From contig JBHHUC010000029.1 of assembly GCA_046861395.1 (NCBI GenBank), positions 1-25,577 of the forward strand: a stretch of DNA of 25,577 nucleotides, given 5' to 3'. How positions within the stretch are numbered: position 1 is the stretch's first letter; each line of letters opens with the position of its first letter. The notes under the pieces are model-generated. The model was not told the origin of the DNA. It ran no database searches and worked only from the letters and a program-made list of their open reading frames with translations. Positions 1 through 8,246 of the stretch are shown in pieces. A program made the position numbers and the translations under genes. The stretch is from Fidelibacterota bacterium. Its GTDB lineage: Bacteria > Fidelibacterota > Marinisomatia > Marinisomatales > JABMOV01.

Positions 1-1
1 A

Positions 2-1441
2 TCAAGTGCCGTTCAGGTAATTATCGAAGATAATTCATTCGGGACCTGCGCGTATATGGAAATTCCACCATCAGCTCCCGGTCATATTGTAGTCCAGGAC
101 GGTGGCGGAAATGAATCGACTTCAATCAGAGCTGAGGTGTATGATGATCAGGGGAATCTCATTGATTATCCGGTTCCAGTTAATTTCATTCTTCAACCGG
201 CACCAGCGGGTGCCTTGTTAAATGAAACCGGTGCTGCAGTAACCGTCTACACCGTCAATGGTGTTGCTTCAGTTTCCATTAACAGTGGTACGGAGCCCGG
301 ACCGGTACGAGTCGTTGTTACTGTTGATTGTGACGAAGATGGTTCTACGGACCTGACATCGATTGCAGTCCCCGTCATTATTTCGTCTGGTGCACCGCTT
401 TACATTGAACCAGAATACAATCCAGGATCGACGGAACCCATTGGTGGCGGTTTTTATCAAACGGAAGCCGGTGCCCTCGTTTATGATCGTTGGTATAACC
501 CGGTCGAGGATTCAACCTACGTATACTGGTCAATTGACCCGATTCCGCCGGACACAGTTATCAATGCTGAAATCGACGGAATCAGTTTTACTGGAAATGA
601 GAATTCGGAGGGGAATTCCTATTCCGGTGTTTGTTATACCTTTATTCGTTACGCCACAGATGCCATCGGAGATTTTGGTCGCATTACCGCTACAACGTAT
701 GGTGCCAACGGTGATACTATTTCGGAACAAATTAATCCGGTCGGTGAAGATGCCGTCATGTTTTTTGTGCCCGGTGAAGTAAATATTACTACCAATATTC
801 AATACTGGGACTTCACGTTACCATTCCCCACAACCCAGGTTTCCGTGCTGGTAACGGCCCGTGTCATCGACTTCTACGGGAATGAAGTGGCGGATGTGCC
901 GATTTCTTTTGGTGGCATTGGTGTCGGTGCCTGGCAGGAGGTGGGATATGAATCCTATGTCGATATTGGTGTGAATGGATTGGGCGCCGGCGATGGATGT
1001 TTTACCTGGCGTGACTATGGTTTCGATAATTTGCCCGGTACCCTGGATATCGGGGAAGGCAATGACGACCATGATGGCTGGGATCTTGATGGTGATGGAA
1101 TAGCAGATTCATCGGAAGTTTCAGAACCTTGGGATGATTTTGGATTGGACGGTGTTCCCGGCACCCTGGACATTGGTGAAAATGATGGTCAATGGAATGG
1201 ATATCACATGATTGATTGCGGTCCTCTAGTAAAAACCGATCAGGACGGCATCGCCCGCATTACGGCGGTGTTCTCCCGGGGGCTTTGTATTTTGCAAAAT
1301 CAGGATGATTCGGTGAATCCACCGGTCTGCACCTATGAAGATTTCCAGGCTTCCGTTTTCGGTACCTTGCTTATTCCTGAAATAACCACCAGTGATCCGG
1401 TAGAAATTCAATTGGTACGAACCCCCGACAACTGTAATTAA
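2..1441 (+). CDS. 5'-truncated extracellular Ig-like (invasin/Big-like) protein with Asp/Gly-rich putative Ca-binding repeats
   Basis: The frame of ORF 56..1441 is open to the window edge (SSAVQVIIEDNSFGTCAY-M), so the true start lies upstream. Big-1/invasin-like segments: IRAEVYDDQGNLI..PVNF, VTARVIDFYGNEVADVPISF, KTDQDGIARIT. Very acidic, with a duplicated PGTLDIGE motif. Confidence 0.7.
   Translation, partial: SSAVQVIIEDNSFGTCAYMEIPPSAPGHIVVQDGGGNESTSIRAEVYDDQGNLIDYPVPVNFILQPAPAGALLNETGAAVTVYTVNGVASVSINSGTEPGPVRVVVTVDCDEDGSTDLTSIAVPVIISSGAPLYIEPEYNPGSTEPIGGGFYQTEAGALVYDRWYNPVEDSTYVYWSIDPIPPDTVINAEIDGISFTGNENSEGNSYSGVCYTFIRYATDAIGDFGRITATTYGANGDTISEQINPVGEDAVMFFVPGEVNITTNIQYWDFTLPFPTTQVSVLVTARVIDFYGNEVADVPISFGGIGVGAWQEVGYESYVDIGVNGLGAGDGCFTWRDYGFDNLPGTLDIGEGNDDHDGWDLDGDGIADSSEVSEPWDDFGLDGVPGTLDIGENDGQWNGYHMIDCGPLVKTDQDGIARITAVFSRGLCILQNQDDSVNPPVCTYEDFQASVFGTLLIPEITTSDPVEIQLVRTPDNCN
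1007..1200 (+). repeat. Intragenic duplicated acidic motif W-x-D-(Y/F)-G-x-D-x-x-PGTLDIGE
   Basis: WRDYGFDNLPGTLDIGEGND at 1007 and WDDFGLDGVPGTLDIGENDG at 1130. Also visible in DNA: cccggtaccctggatatcgggga versus cccggcaccctggacattggtga. Confidence 0.8.
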
Positions 1442-1443
1442 TT

Positions 1444-3168
1444 ATGAATCAACCTTTCAATCCACAATTTCAACGGATCGGAGAAATCCTGGTCCACGAA
1501 AATATCATTACCCGGGAACAGTTAAACGAAGCCCTGGCCAACCAGCAGACAACGCAGGAAAAACTGGGCGAAGTGCTGGTTCACTCCGGCGTGATTTCGG
1601 AAGAGGAACTCATGCAGTCTTATAGTCAGCAATTGGGCTATCGGGCCATCAGTGAGGCTGACTTATTTAGTGCCGATGTGGAAGCTGCCAAGCTGCTGGC
1701 GGAAGATTTTGCCCGGCAGAACATGGTACTGGCGGTGTCTCGCGATGATTCGCGCATCGTGATCGCCATGGAAGACCCGGAAGATTTGGTTACGGTCGAT
1801 TCCATCAAACGTGTGACGGGACTCATGCCCGACATTCTTGTCGCCGGACCTACGGCACTTGCCAGTGCTCTGGAACAGGTGTACGCCAAGATCAAGCAAT
1901 CCGGTGAAGTGGAGGAGGCCATTCAGGGATTGACGGTCATTTCCGGCGAGGATGATGATCAGGAAGAAGTGGATTTATCGCCGGAAAATGCCAGCAGTGA
2001 AGATGCTCCCGTTGTCAAGCTGGTCAACCTGATTCTTCAGGAAGCCATCAAAGAGCGAGCCACGGATGTTCACATCGAACCGCAACAGCAGCGCGTGATG
2101 GTCCGAATCAGAATTGACGGTGTTTTGCAAACTATCATGACACCGCCCATCGCGTCCCTAAGTGGTGTGGTGACTCGTATAAAAATCCTTTCCAAGCTGA
2201 ATATCGCCGAACGGCGTTTACCGCAAGACGGTAGAATGACAATCCGGTCGGCCAATCGTGAAATCGATGTACGTGTTTCTGTCCTACCCACCGTATATGG
2301 TGAAAAAATCGTAATGCGATTGCTTGATAAGACGGGCTTTGATTTCAGTTTGAAATCGTTGGGATTTGACAAGGATCGTTTCATGATTTTCAAGCGCATG
2401 ATATCCCAACCCTATGGGATGGTCGTCGTATCCGGTCCCACTGGTTCAGGAAAATCAACCACTTTGTATGCGTCTCTGAAAGAAATAAAAAGTGAGGGAA
2501 CCAATATAACCACGGTTGAGGATCCGGTGGAATATCAGATGGATGGCATCAACCAGATTCAGGTCAATGAAGATATTGGATTGACATTTGGTGCTTCGCT
2601 GCGGTCCATTCTTCGTCAGGATCCTGATATTCTATTGATTGGGGAAATCAGGGATGAAGAAACGGCTGATATTGCCGTAAAATTTTCCCTAACCGGTCAC
2701 CTTGTCTTTTCCACCGTTCATGCCAATGATGCCCCCAGCACCATTACCCGGTTACTGGATATTGGTATCAAGCCCTTCCTGGTGGGATCCTGTCTAAATC
2801 TGGTAATGGCACAGCGTCTAGTCCGAAAAGTATGTGAACATTGTCGTGAAGAATATGAACCCACGAAGGAAGAACTCGAAATTGTCGGTCTGGATCAGAG
2901 TCGGCTGAAGGGAAAAATGATTTATCGTGGCAGGGGCTGTACCCATTGCCGCAATACCGGATTTCATGGTCGTACCGCTATTTTTGAAGTCATTCCCATG
3001 ACCCGAACGATCCGGGGCCATATCTTTGATAATGCCAATGAGGATGTAATCCGAGAAACCGCCCTGAACGAAGGAATGGTTACATTGCGAGAAAGTGGTC
3101 TCCGGAAAGTCCTGGATGGAACTACGACCATTTCCGAAGTTGTTCGATCCACCGTTGAAGATATTTGA
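1444..3168 (+). CDS. pilB: Type IV pilus assembly / type II secretion ATPase (PilB/GspE family) with N-terminal MshEN-like domain
   Basis: Walker A GPTGSGKS, Asp box TVEDPVE, Walker B region RQDPDILLIGEIRD, His box TGHLVFSTVHAND, Zn-binding CEHC...GCTHC, and NIAERRLPQDGR motif. N-terminal RIGEILV/KLGEVLV repeats. Confidence 0.95.
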   Translation: MNQPFNPQFQRIGEILVHENIITREQLNEALANQQTTQEKLGEVLVHSGVISEEELMQSYSQQLGYRAISEADLFSADVEAAKLLAEDFARQNMVLAVSRDDSRIVIAMEDPEDLVTVDSIKRVTGLMPDILVAGPTALASALEQVYAKIKQSGEVEEAIQGLTVISGEDDDQEEVDLSPENASSEDAPVVKLVNLILQEAIKERATDVHIEPQQQRVMVRIRIDGVLQTIMTPPIASLSGVVTRIKILSKLNIAERRLPQDGRMTIRSANREIDVRVSVLPTVYGEKIVMRLLDKTGFDFSLKSLGFDKDRFMIFKRMISQPYGMVVVSGPTGSGKSTTLYASLKEIKSEGTNITTVEDPVEYQMDGINQIQVNEDIGLTFGASLRSILRQDPDILLIGEIRDEETADIAVKFSLTGHLVFSTVHANDAPSTITRLLDIGIKPFLVGSCLNLVMAQRLVRKVCEHCREEYEPTKEELEIVGLDQSRLKGKMIYRGRGCTHCRNTGFHGRTAIFEVIPMTRTIRGHIFDNANEDVIRETALNEGMVTLRESGLRKVLDGTTTISEVVRSTVEDI

Positions 3169-3179
3169 GAGTCTAACCC

Positions 3180-4418
3180 GTGCCGACCTATACCTACCTG
3201 ACAAAAGATTCCACTGGAAACCGCCACGAAGGAGAAATCCGGGCGGAAAATATTGATCTGGCTTCCCGTAAACTCATGGAAAATGACCAGATTATCATCA
3301 GCCTGAAAGAAACGGACAATTCTTTCGACTTTCTTGGGCCATTTCTGGATGAAATCAGCTTATCCTTTGAACGATGGAAAAACAGGATTCCATTGAGCAG
3401 CCTGGTGTTCTTCACCCGTCAGCTAGCAACGATGTATTCTGCCGGATTGACTCTGGAGCGTGCTATTCATGGTCTGGCCAATGAAGAACGGCATCCCCGC
3501 TTTCGCAAAGTTCTGCATCAGGTAAGTACGAATATTCGCAAAGGTATGGGTCTTTCCGAATCATTTGCCAAGCATCCCGGCGTTTTCTCCAATTTATTTG
3601 TAGCCCTGACCCGGGCCGGTGAGGTGAGCGGGAATTTAAATGAAATATTGGATCAACTAGCCATTTACCTTGAGAATCTCGACGATACACGTCGAAAAGT
3701 AAAATCGGCCCTCACGTACCCGGTGCTGATGCTGGTCTTCCTGGCTTTGATGCTCATGGCCATGTTTTTACTCATTATTCCCATGTTTTCCAATGTGTAC
3801 AATGAGCTGGGGGCTGATCTACCTGCAGCGACTCTGGTTCTGGTAAGTATGTCAAAATGGATGGCAGCCAATTTCGGGAAAATTATGTTTGCTACGTTTG
3901 CCTTTATTATTGCTACTTGGCTCATATCAAAGACACAGCGGGGCGGCTATTTTTTTGATTCCCTGAAACTCCGGTTGCCGGTATTTGGAGAACTCATTAA
4001 TCAGTCCATCCTGAATAAATTCTGCAAAACGTTCGGTATTTTGTTGAATGCCGGTGTCCCTGTCATGGAATCCATGGGACTTTTGAAGAAAGTTGTGGGG
4101 AACCGAGTGTATGAGGAAGCTGTGAACCGGACCTCCGAATCCATTCGTGATGGATTCAATATCAGTACGGCATTACGACGGACGGAAGTATTTCCCAGCA
4201 TCATGCTTCAGCTGGCCGCCACAGGAGAAGAGACGGGAGAGCTGGATAGTTTGCTGGATCATTCAGCCGAATATTACCATAAACAGGTTGATGCTCTGGT
4301 TGACCGGATGACGACGCTGATTGAACCATTATTAATCGTTGCCGTAGGTGCTGTAATCGGAATTATGGTTGTGGTAACATATTTACCGGTCTTTTATCTG
4401 GGGGCGGCATTGCAGTAA
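3180..4418 (+). CDS. pilC: Type IV pilus / T2SS inner-membrane platform protein (PilC/GspF family)
   Basis: GTG start. Motifs FFTRQLATMYSAGL, AGEVSGNL, KVKSALTYP, GEETGELD and LIEPLLIV..G. Two T2SSF repeats with TM helices. Directly follows pilB. Confidence 0.95.
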   Translation: MPTYTYLTKDSTGNRHEGEIRAENIDLASRKLMENDQIIISLKETDNSFDFLGPFLDEISLSFERWKNRIPLSSLVFFTRQLATMYSAGLTLERAIHGLANEERHPRFRKVLHQVSTNIRKGMGLSESFAKHPGVFSNLFVALTRAGEVSGNLNEILDQLAIYLENLDDTRRKVKSALTYPVLMLVFLALMLMAMFLLIIPMFSNVYNELGADLPAATLVLVSMSKWMAANFGKIMFATFAFIIATWLISKTQRGGYFFDSLKLRLPVFGELINQSILNKFCKTFGILLNAGVPVMESMGLLKKVVGNRVYEEAVNRTSESIRDGFNISTALRRTEVFPSIMLQLAATGEETGELDSLLDHSAEYYHKQVDALVDRMTTLIEPLLIVAVGAVIGIMVVVTYLPVFYLGAALQ

Positions 4419-4451
4419 TGATGATACGTCATTATGCAGACATCGACTTTT
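4411..4451 (+). terminator. Weak hairpin at the end of pilC (possible terminator)
   Basis: TGCA(G)TAATGATG-ATA-CGTCATTA-TGCA imperfect inverted repeat overlapping the pilC stop, followed by a short T run. The stem is AT-rich, so support is weak. Confidence 0.25.
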
Positions 4452-4491
4452 TACCAAACATAGATAAATTAATTGGGGGACTGAATACGCG

Positions 4492-4522
4492 GTTTGTTGA
4501 ACAAACTTGTATCGATTAACTT
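4492..4522 (+). promoter_or_regulatory. Candidate sigma70-type promoter with overlapping palindromic operator
   Basis: TTGTTG (4494-4499), 17-bp spacer, TAACTT (4517-4522), about 40 bp upstream of the ATG at 4563. The perfect inverted repeat GTTTGTT-G-AACAAAC (4492-4506) covers the -35 element. Confidence 0.45.
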
Positions 4523-4562
4523 AAATGCTTGAAATCCAATGGGATTTTAAGCATACAGGCCA

Positions 4563-7500
4563 ATGGAATTACAAAGGAGTACCTGGTTGCAGAATTTAAA
4601 ACATTGTCAGAATACCTATCCTAAGGGCAGCAGAATTATTGTTGCGCTTGCATTCATCTTTGCTTTCAGCCATGCCGCGGGAGGAGCAGACCCGACAAAG
4701 GTTCAATCCCATTTTCAATCCGCTGCAGGGATGCAACTTCAATTCGAATTAGGTGAATACAGTGTTGAAACGATTACTCATCAGGGCGTGACGTATCAAA
4801 GAATAAACGGTTCAATGTCCGGAACCGTCTCACGGGAAGGCGAACCGCAATTGCCGGTTTATACTACTTTCTACCAGGTAGATCCCCGGAAAACATATAC
4901 GATTTCCGCTGTCATTCGGAATAAAGAGACATTGTCGAATATTCACCTGATTCCGGTCCAATCCTGGGTAGATCCTGAGATTATGGATACGAAGCCATTG
5001 ATGAAGGATGTTTCACTCTATAATAGTCAGGAAGTATTTCCGGAAAATATCGTTACGGTTTCAGATGTAATGACTATGCGGGATGTCCATGTGATTCGCA
5101 TATCGTTGACACCATTTCGGTATATCCCTGGAACGGGAGAATTAGAAGTCATTACAGCGGCCACGATTGAGGTAACAGAGACAGGGAATAACCCCAATCC
5201 AGACTTTACACCGGGGAAAATAGCCAGGGAATTTGAACCGCTTTACCGATCATTAATTGCCAATTATGATGCTACCAGAAGTGAGCTGGTTGAATACCAG
5301 AAACCATCAATATTATACATTCTACCAGGTGACGGGTCCGGTGTCCTGGGCAATCTTGAACCATTGTTGAACTGGAGGAAACGTGCCGGATACGTTGTCA
5401 ATACTGTCACGACGAATGAAACGGGAGGTACTGCTTCCGCAATAAAATCCTATATTCTTAATGCCTATACAACCTGGGATAATCCGCCTGTATGGATTGC
5501 CCTTGTCGGGGACGCCAACGGGTCGTATTCAATTCCTACCTTCATTGAAAGCTGGAGTTGGTACAATGGTGAGGGCGATCATCCCTATACTGAATTGACC
5601 GGCAATGATATACTACCGGAAGTCCTGGTAGGACGCATTTCCATCAGCTCTACGACCGACTTGATCAATATTGTCAATAAAACGGTCCAGTATGAGACCA
5701 ATCCCTACATGGGGGAAAACTGGTTTACGCGAGCCGTCCTAGTGGGTGATCCCGGGTCTTCGGGAATATCCACTGTGATTACCAATCAATACATACAGCA
5801 GTTATTGTCCTATAACGGGTATGATGATTTACGTACGGTCTATTCCAGTCCATTTCCGTCGCAAATGGTATCCAATCTGGGAGATGGTGCCACGTTCTTT
5901 AATTACCGGGGGTATTACGGTGTGAGCGGATTTGATTGCGGTGATGTGGGCGCGGCCAACAACGGATTCAAACTGCCCATCGCCACCGTCATTACCTGCG
6001 GGACCGGTTCCTTTACTGGAACTTCCATATCGGAATGTTTCATTCGGGCCGGAACCGTGGCCAATCCGAAAGGAGCCGTGGCTGCGGTGGGAACGGCAAC
6101 CATCGGAACGCATACCATGTTCAATAATATTGTGGATATGGGATTCTACTACGGTATCTTCCAGAATGGCATGACGACGCCGTCCGGTGCATTGGCGCAG
6201 GGACAACTGGAATTGTTGCGCACCTATCCCTCCAATCCGAATAATTATGTCAGCATATTTACCCATTGGAATAATCTCATGGGTGACCCGGCCGTGAGAA
6301 TGTGGACGGCCGTGCCACAATATTTATCCGTCGGCTACCTTCCGGTCATTTCCAAGGGAACCAATTTCATCGATGTACACGTTCAGCTGACCAGTGGCAA
6401 TTCTGTTGCCGGGGCTTACGTAACCTTGTTCCAGGCTACGACCGGATATTCGGAATCGGCCTGGACCGATGAAAACGGCAACATTACAATACCGATAGAT
6501 ACGGATTTGAATGGTGAAATTCTATTAACGGTGATCAAAAATAATCATATTCCCTATCAGGGATCATTTCTCATTACCGAACCGGGTGTCAGTGTAAATG
6601 TATTACCGGCCATGGTCAATATCACTGATGACGGAAGCAATGGATCAGTCGGAAATGGTGACGGTATCATCAATCCCGGAGAAACAATTGCTCTGTCAGT
6701 GCCGGCGTTCAATTACGGCGCCAACGCTAGTGGTGATGTGTATACCAGGCTAATTACCAATTCACCCTATGTTAATTTGATCCAGGACAGCGTTCATATT
6801 GGTGTCGTTTCAGCCGGTACGTCGGTTGTGGGAAGTGACTATTTCCTGATCCAGGTCAATAATGGACTGGTTGACGGTACCGATCTTGGCTTACGGTATG
6901 ATTTTATCGATCCCGATAATGGCACATGGCAGGGAAATGTTGGCGGCCTGATAAGCGGTGCCAATATATCACCGCGTACGATTGCCGTGAATGATAACGG
7001 AGACGGAATCCTGCAACCGGGTGAAACATCGGAAATCCAGATAACATTGAAAAACGGGGGCAGCATCCTGGCCGGAAATGTCTATGCTACGATTACCTGT
7101 TCCAATCCCGACATTGAAATATTAGATAATTACGGATCCTGGGGCGATATGTATGCTGGGCAGATGTCCAATAACAGTGCAGACGAATTCACCATTTATG
7201 CTGCTGAAGGAATTATTCCCGGGACAATCGCCCATATTACAATGTCCATCAACGGTGACAATGGCGTTCATTTTTCCGGACTGATTGATCTAATGATTGG
7301 TGACCCCCAGGTGTCAGATCCGGTGGGACCCGATGAGCATGGATATTACATCTATGATAGTGGTGATTTGCTCTATGCTGTTGCTCCCTACTATAATTGG
7401 ATCGAAATCGATGATCGCTATGGCGGTGACGGTAACTATCTGAGTAATCTTGTGGACGGCGGTAACAATGGCGATGCTACGGTTACCGTACCACTTCCGT

Positions 7501-8210
7501 TTACATTTCGGATGTATGGCGAAGAATATTCCACAATTTCCATTTGTTCCAATGGCTGGATATCCATGGGCTCCACTGCCATGCGTTCATTCCGGAATTA
7601 TCGTGTACCCGGACCGGGGGGGCCGTCCCCCATCATTGCCGGTTTCTGGGATGATTTAACAACCACTGGGAATGGAAGAGTTTATACTAAATATGATAAC
7701 TCGGGTCACCGTTTCATCGTTCAATGGTCGCGGGTTCGTACCTATGATAAAAATGATACCGAAACTTTCCAGATCATTTTACGCGATCCCCAGTTCTATT
7801 TCACGCCCACCGGGGATGGTGAAATCGTTGTTCAGTACCATACCTACAACAATACATCCTCTGGGAACAGCAGTGCCCAGGCACACGGAAATTATGCCAC
7901 CATTGGCATTGAAGACCAGTCGGGCCAGATCGGTTTACAGTACACGTACCAGAATCAATATGCCAATGCGGCCATGCCGCTTTCGGGTGGGACATCCATT
8001 CTAATTACCACCAGGGGCAGCTCAATCCGCATGCGTGGCGACGTGACACAGGATAATATTGTGGATCTATATGACATCCTGACGCTGGTGGATTATATCC
8101 TGGCTGATGAAGTCGGATATTTGAATCCCTATCTGGCCGATATTAACGGTGACGGGAATGTCAATATTCTGGATGTGATTGGAATGGTTCAGTCCATCAT
8201 GAACTATTAA
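4563..8210 (+). CDS. C25 (gingipain-fold) peptidase-like protein: signal peptide, propeptide, C25 domain, Ig-like repeats, NIDO-like domain, C-terminal dockerin
   Basis: Propeptide_C25-like EGEPQLP and PFRYIP..GEL. C25 hallmarks WRKRAGY, IALVGD, DHPYTELTGNDILPEVLVGRIS, NYRGYYG, VITCGTG, KGAVAAVG, NLMGDP. Dockerin GDVTQDNIVDLYDI...ADINGDGNVNILDV at 8037-8207. Confidence 0.9.
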   Translation: MELQRSTWLQNLKHCQNTYPKGSRIIVALAFIFAFSHAAGGADPTKVQSHFQSAAGMQLQFELGEYSVETITHQGVTYQRINGSMSGTVSREGEPQLPVYTTFYQVDPRKTYTISAVIRNKETLSNIHLIPVQSWVDPEIMDTKPLMKDVSLYNSQEVFPENIVTVSDVMTMRDVHVIRISLTPFRYIPGTGELEVITAATIEVTETGNNPNPDFTPGKIAREFEPLYRSLIANYDATRSELVEYQKPSILYILPGDGSGVLGNLEPLLNWRKRAGYVVNTVTTNETGGTASAIKSYILNAYTTWDNPPVWIALVGDANGSYSIPTFIESWSWYNGEGDHPYTELTGNDILPEVLVGRISISSTTDLINIVNKTVQYETNPYMGENWFTRAVLVGDPGSSGISTVITNQYIQQLLSYNGYDDLRTVYSSPFPSQMVSNLGDGATFFNYRGYYGVSGFDCGDVGAANNGFKLPIATVITCGTGSFTGTSISECFIRAGTVANPKGAVAAVGTATIGTHTMFNNIVDMGFYYGIFQNGMTTPSGALAQGQLELLRTYPSNPNNYVSIFTHWNNLMGDPAVRMWTAVPQYLSVGYLPVISKGTNFIDVHVQLTSGNSVAGAYVTLFQATTGYSESAWTDENGNITIPIDTDLNGEILLTVIKNNHIPYQGSFLITEPGVSVNVLPAMVNITDDGSNGSVGNGDGIINPGETIALSVPAFNYGANASGDVYTRLITNSPYVNLIQDSVHIGVVSAGTSVVGSDYFLIQVNNGLVDGTDLGLRYDFIDPDNGTWQGNVGGLISGANISPRTIAVNDNGDGILQPGETSEIQITLKNGGSILAGNVYATITCSNPDIEILDNYGSWGDMYAGQMSNNSADEFTIYAAEGIIPGTIAHITMSINGDNGVHFSGLIDLMIGDPQVSDPVGPDEHGYYIYDSGDLLYAVAPYYNWIEIDDRYGGDGNYLSNLVDGGNNGDATVTVPLPFTFRMYGEEYSTISICSNGWISMGSTAMRSFRNYRVPGPGGPSPIIAGFWDDLTTTGNGRVYTKYDNSGHRFIVQWSRVRTYDKNDTETFQIILRDPQFYFTPTGDGEIVVQYHTYNNTSSGNSSAQAHGNYATIGIEDQSGQIGLQYTYQNQYANAAMPLSGGTSILITTRGSSIRMRGDVTQDNIVDLYDILTLVDYILADEVGYLNPYLADINGDGNVNILDVIGMVQSIMNY

Positions 8211-8246
8211 TTGCGGTAGGTGATATCGAAGTATCATTAATACATT

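Noticed and set aside
5901..5921. Calling the C25 genes pseudogenes because the catalytic His is missing
   Set aside because: Both ORFs are intact with no frameshifts or stops, and both keep the Cys and the shared NYRG motif.
8037..8207. Cellulosome
   Set aside because: A dockerin is present, but no glycoside hydrolase or cohesin is recognisable in the window.
8221..8236. Short inverted repeat TGATA-N6-TATCA upstream of pgsB
   Set aside because: Only 5-bp arms in an AT-rich 36-bp gap, which could easily be chance.
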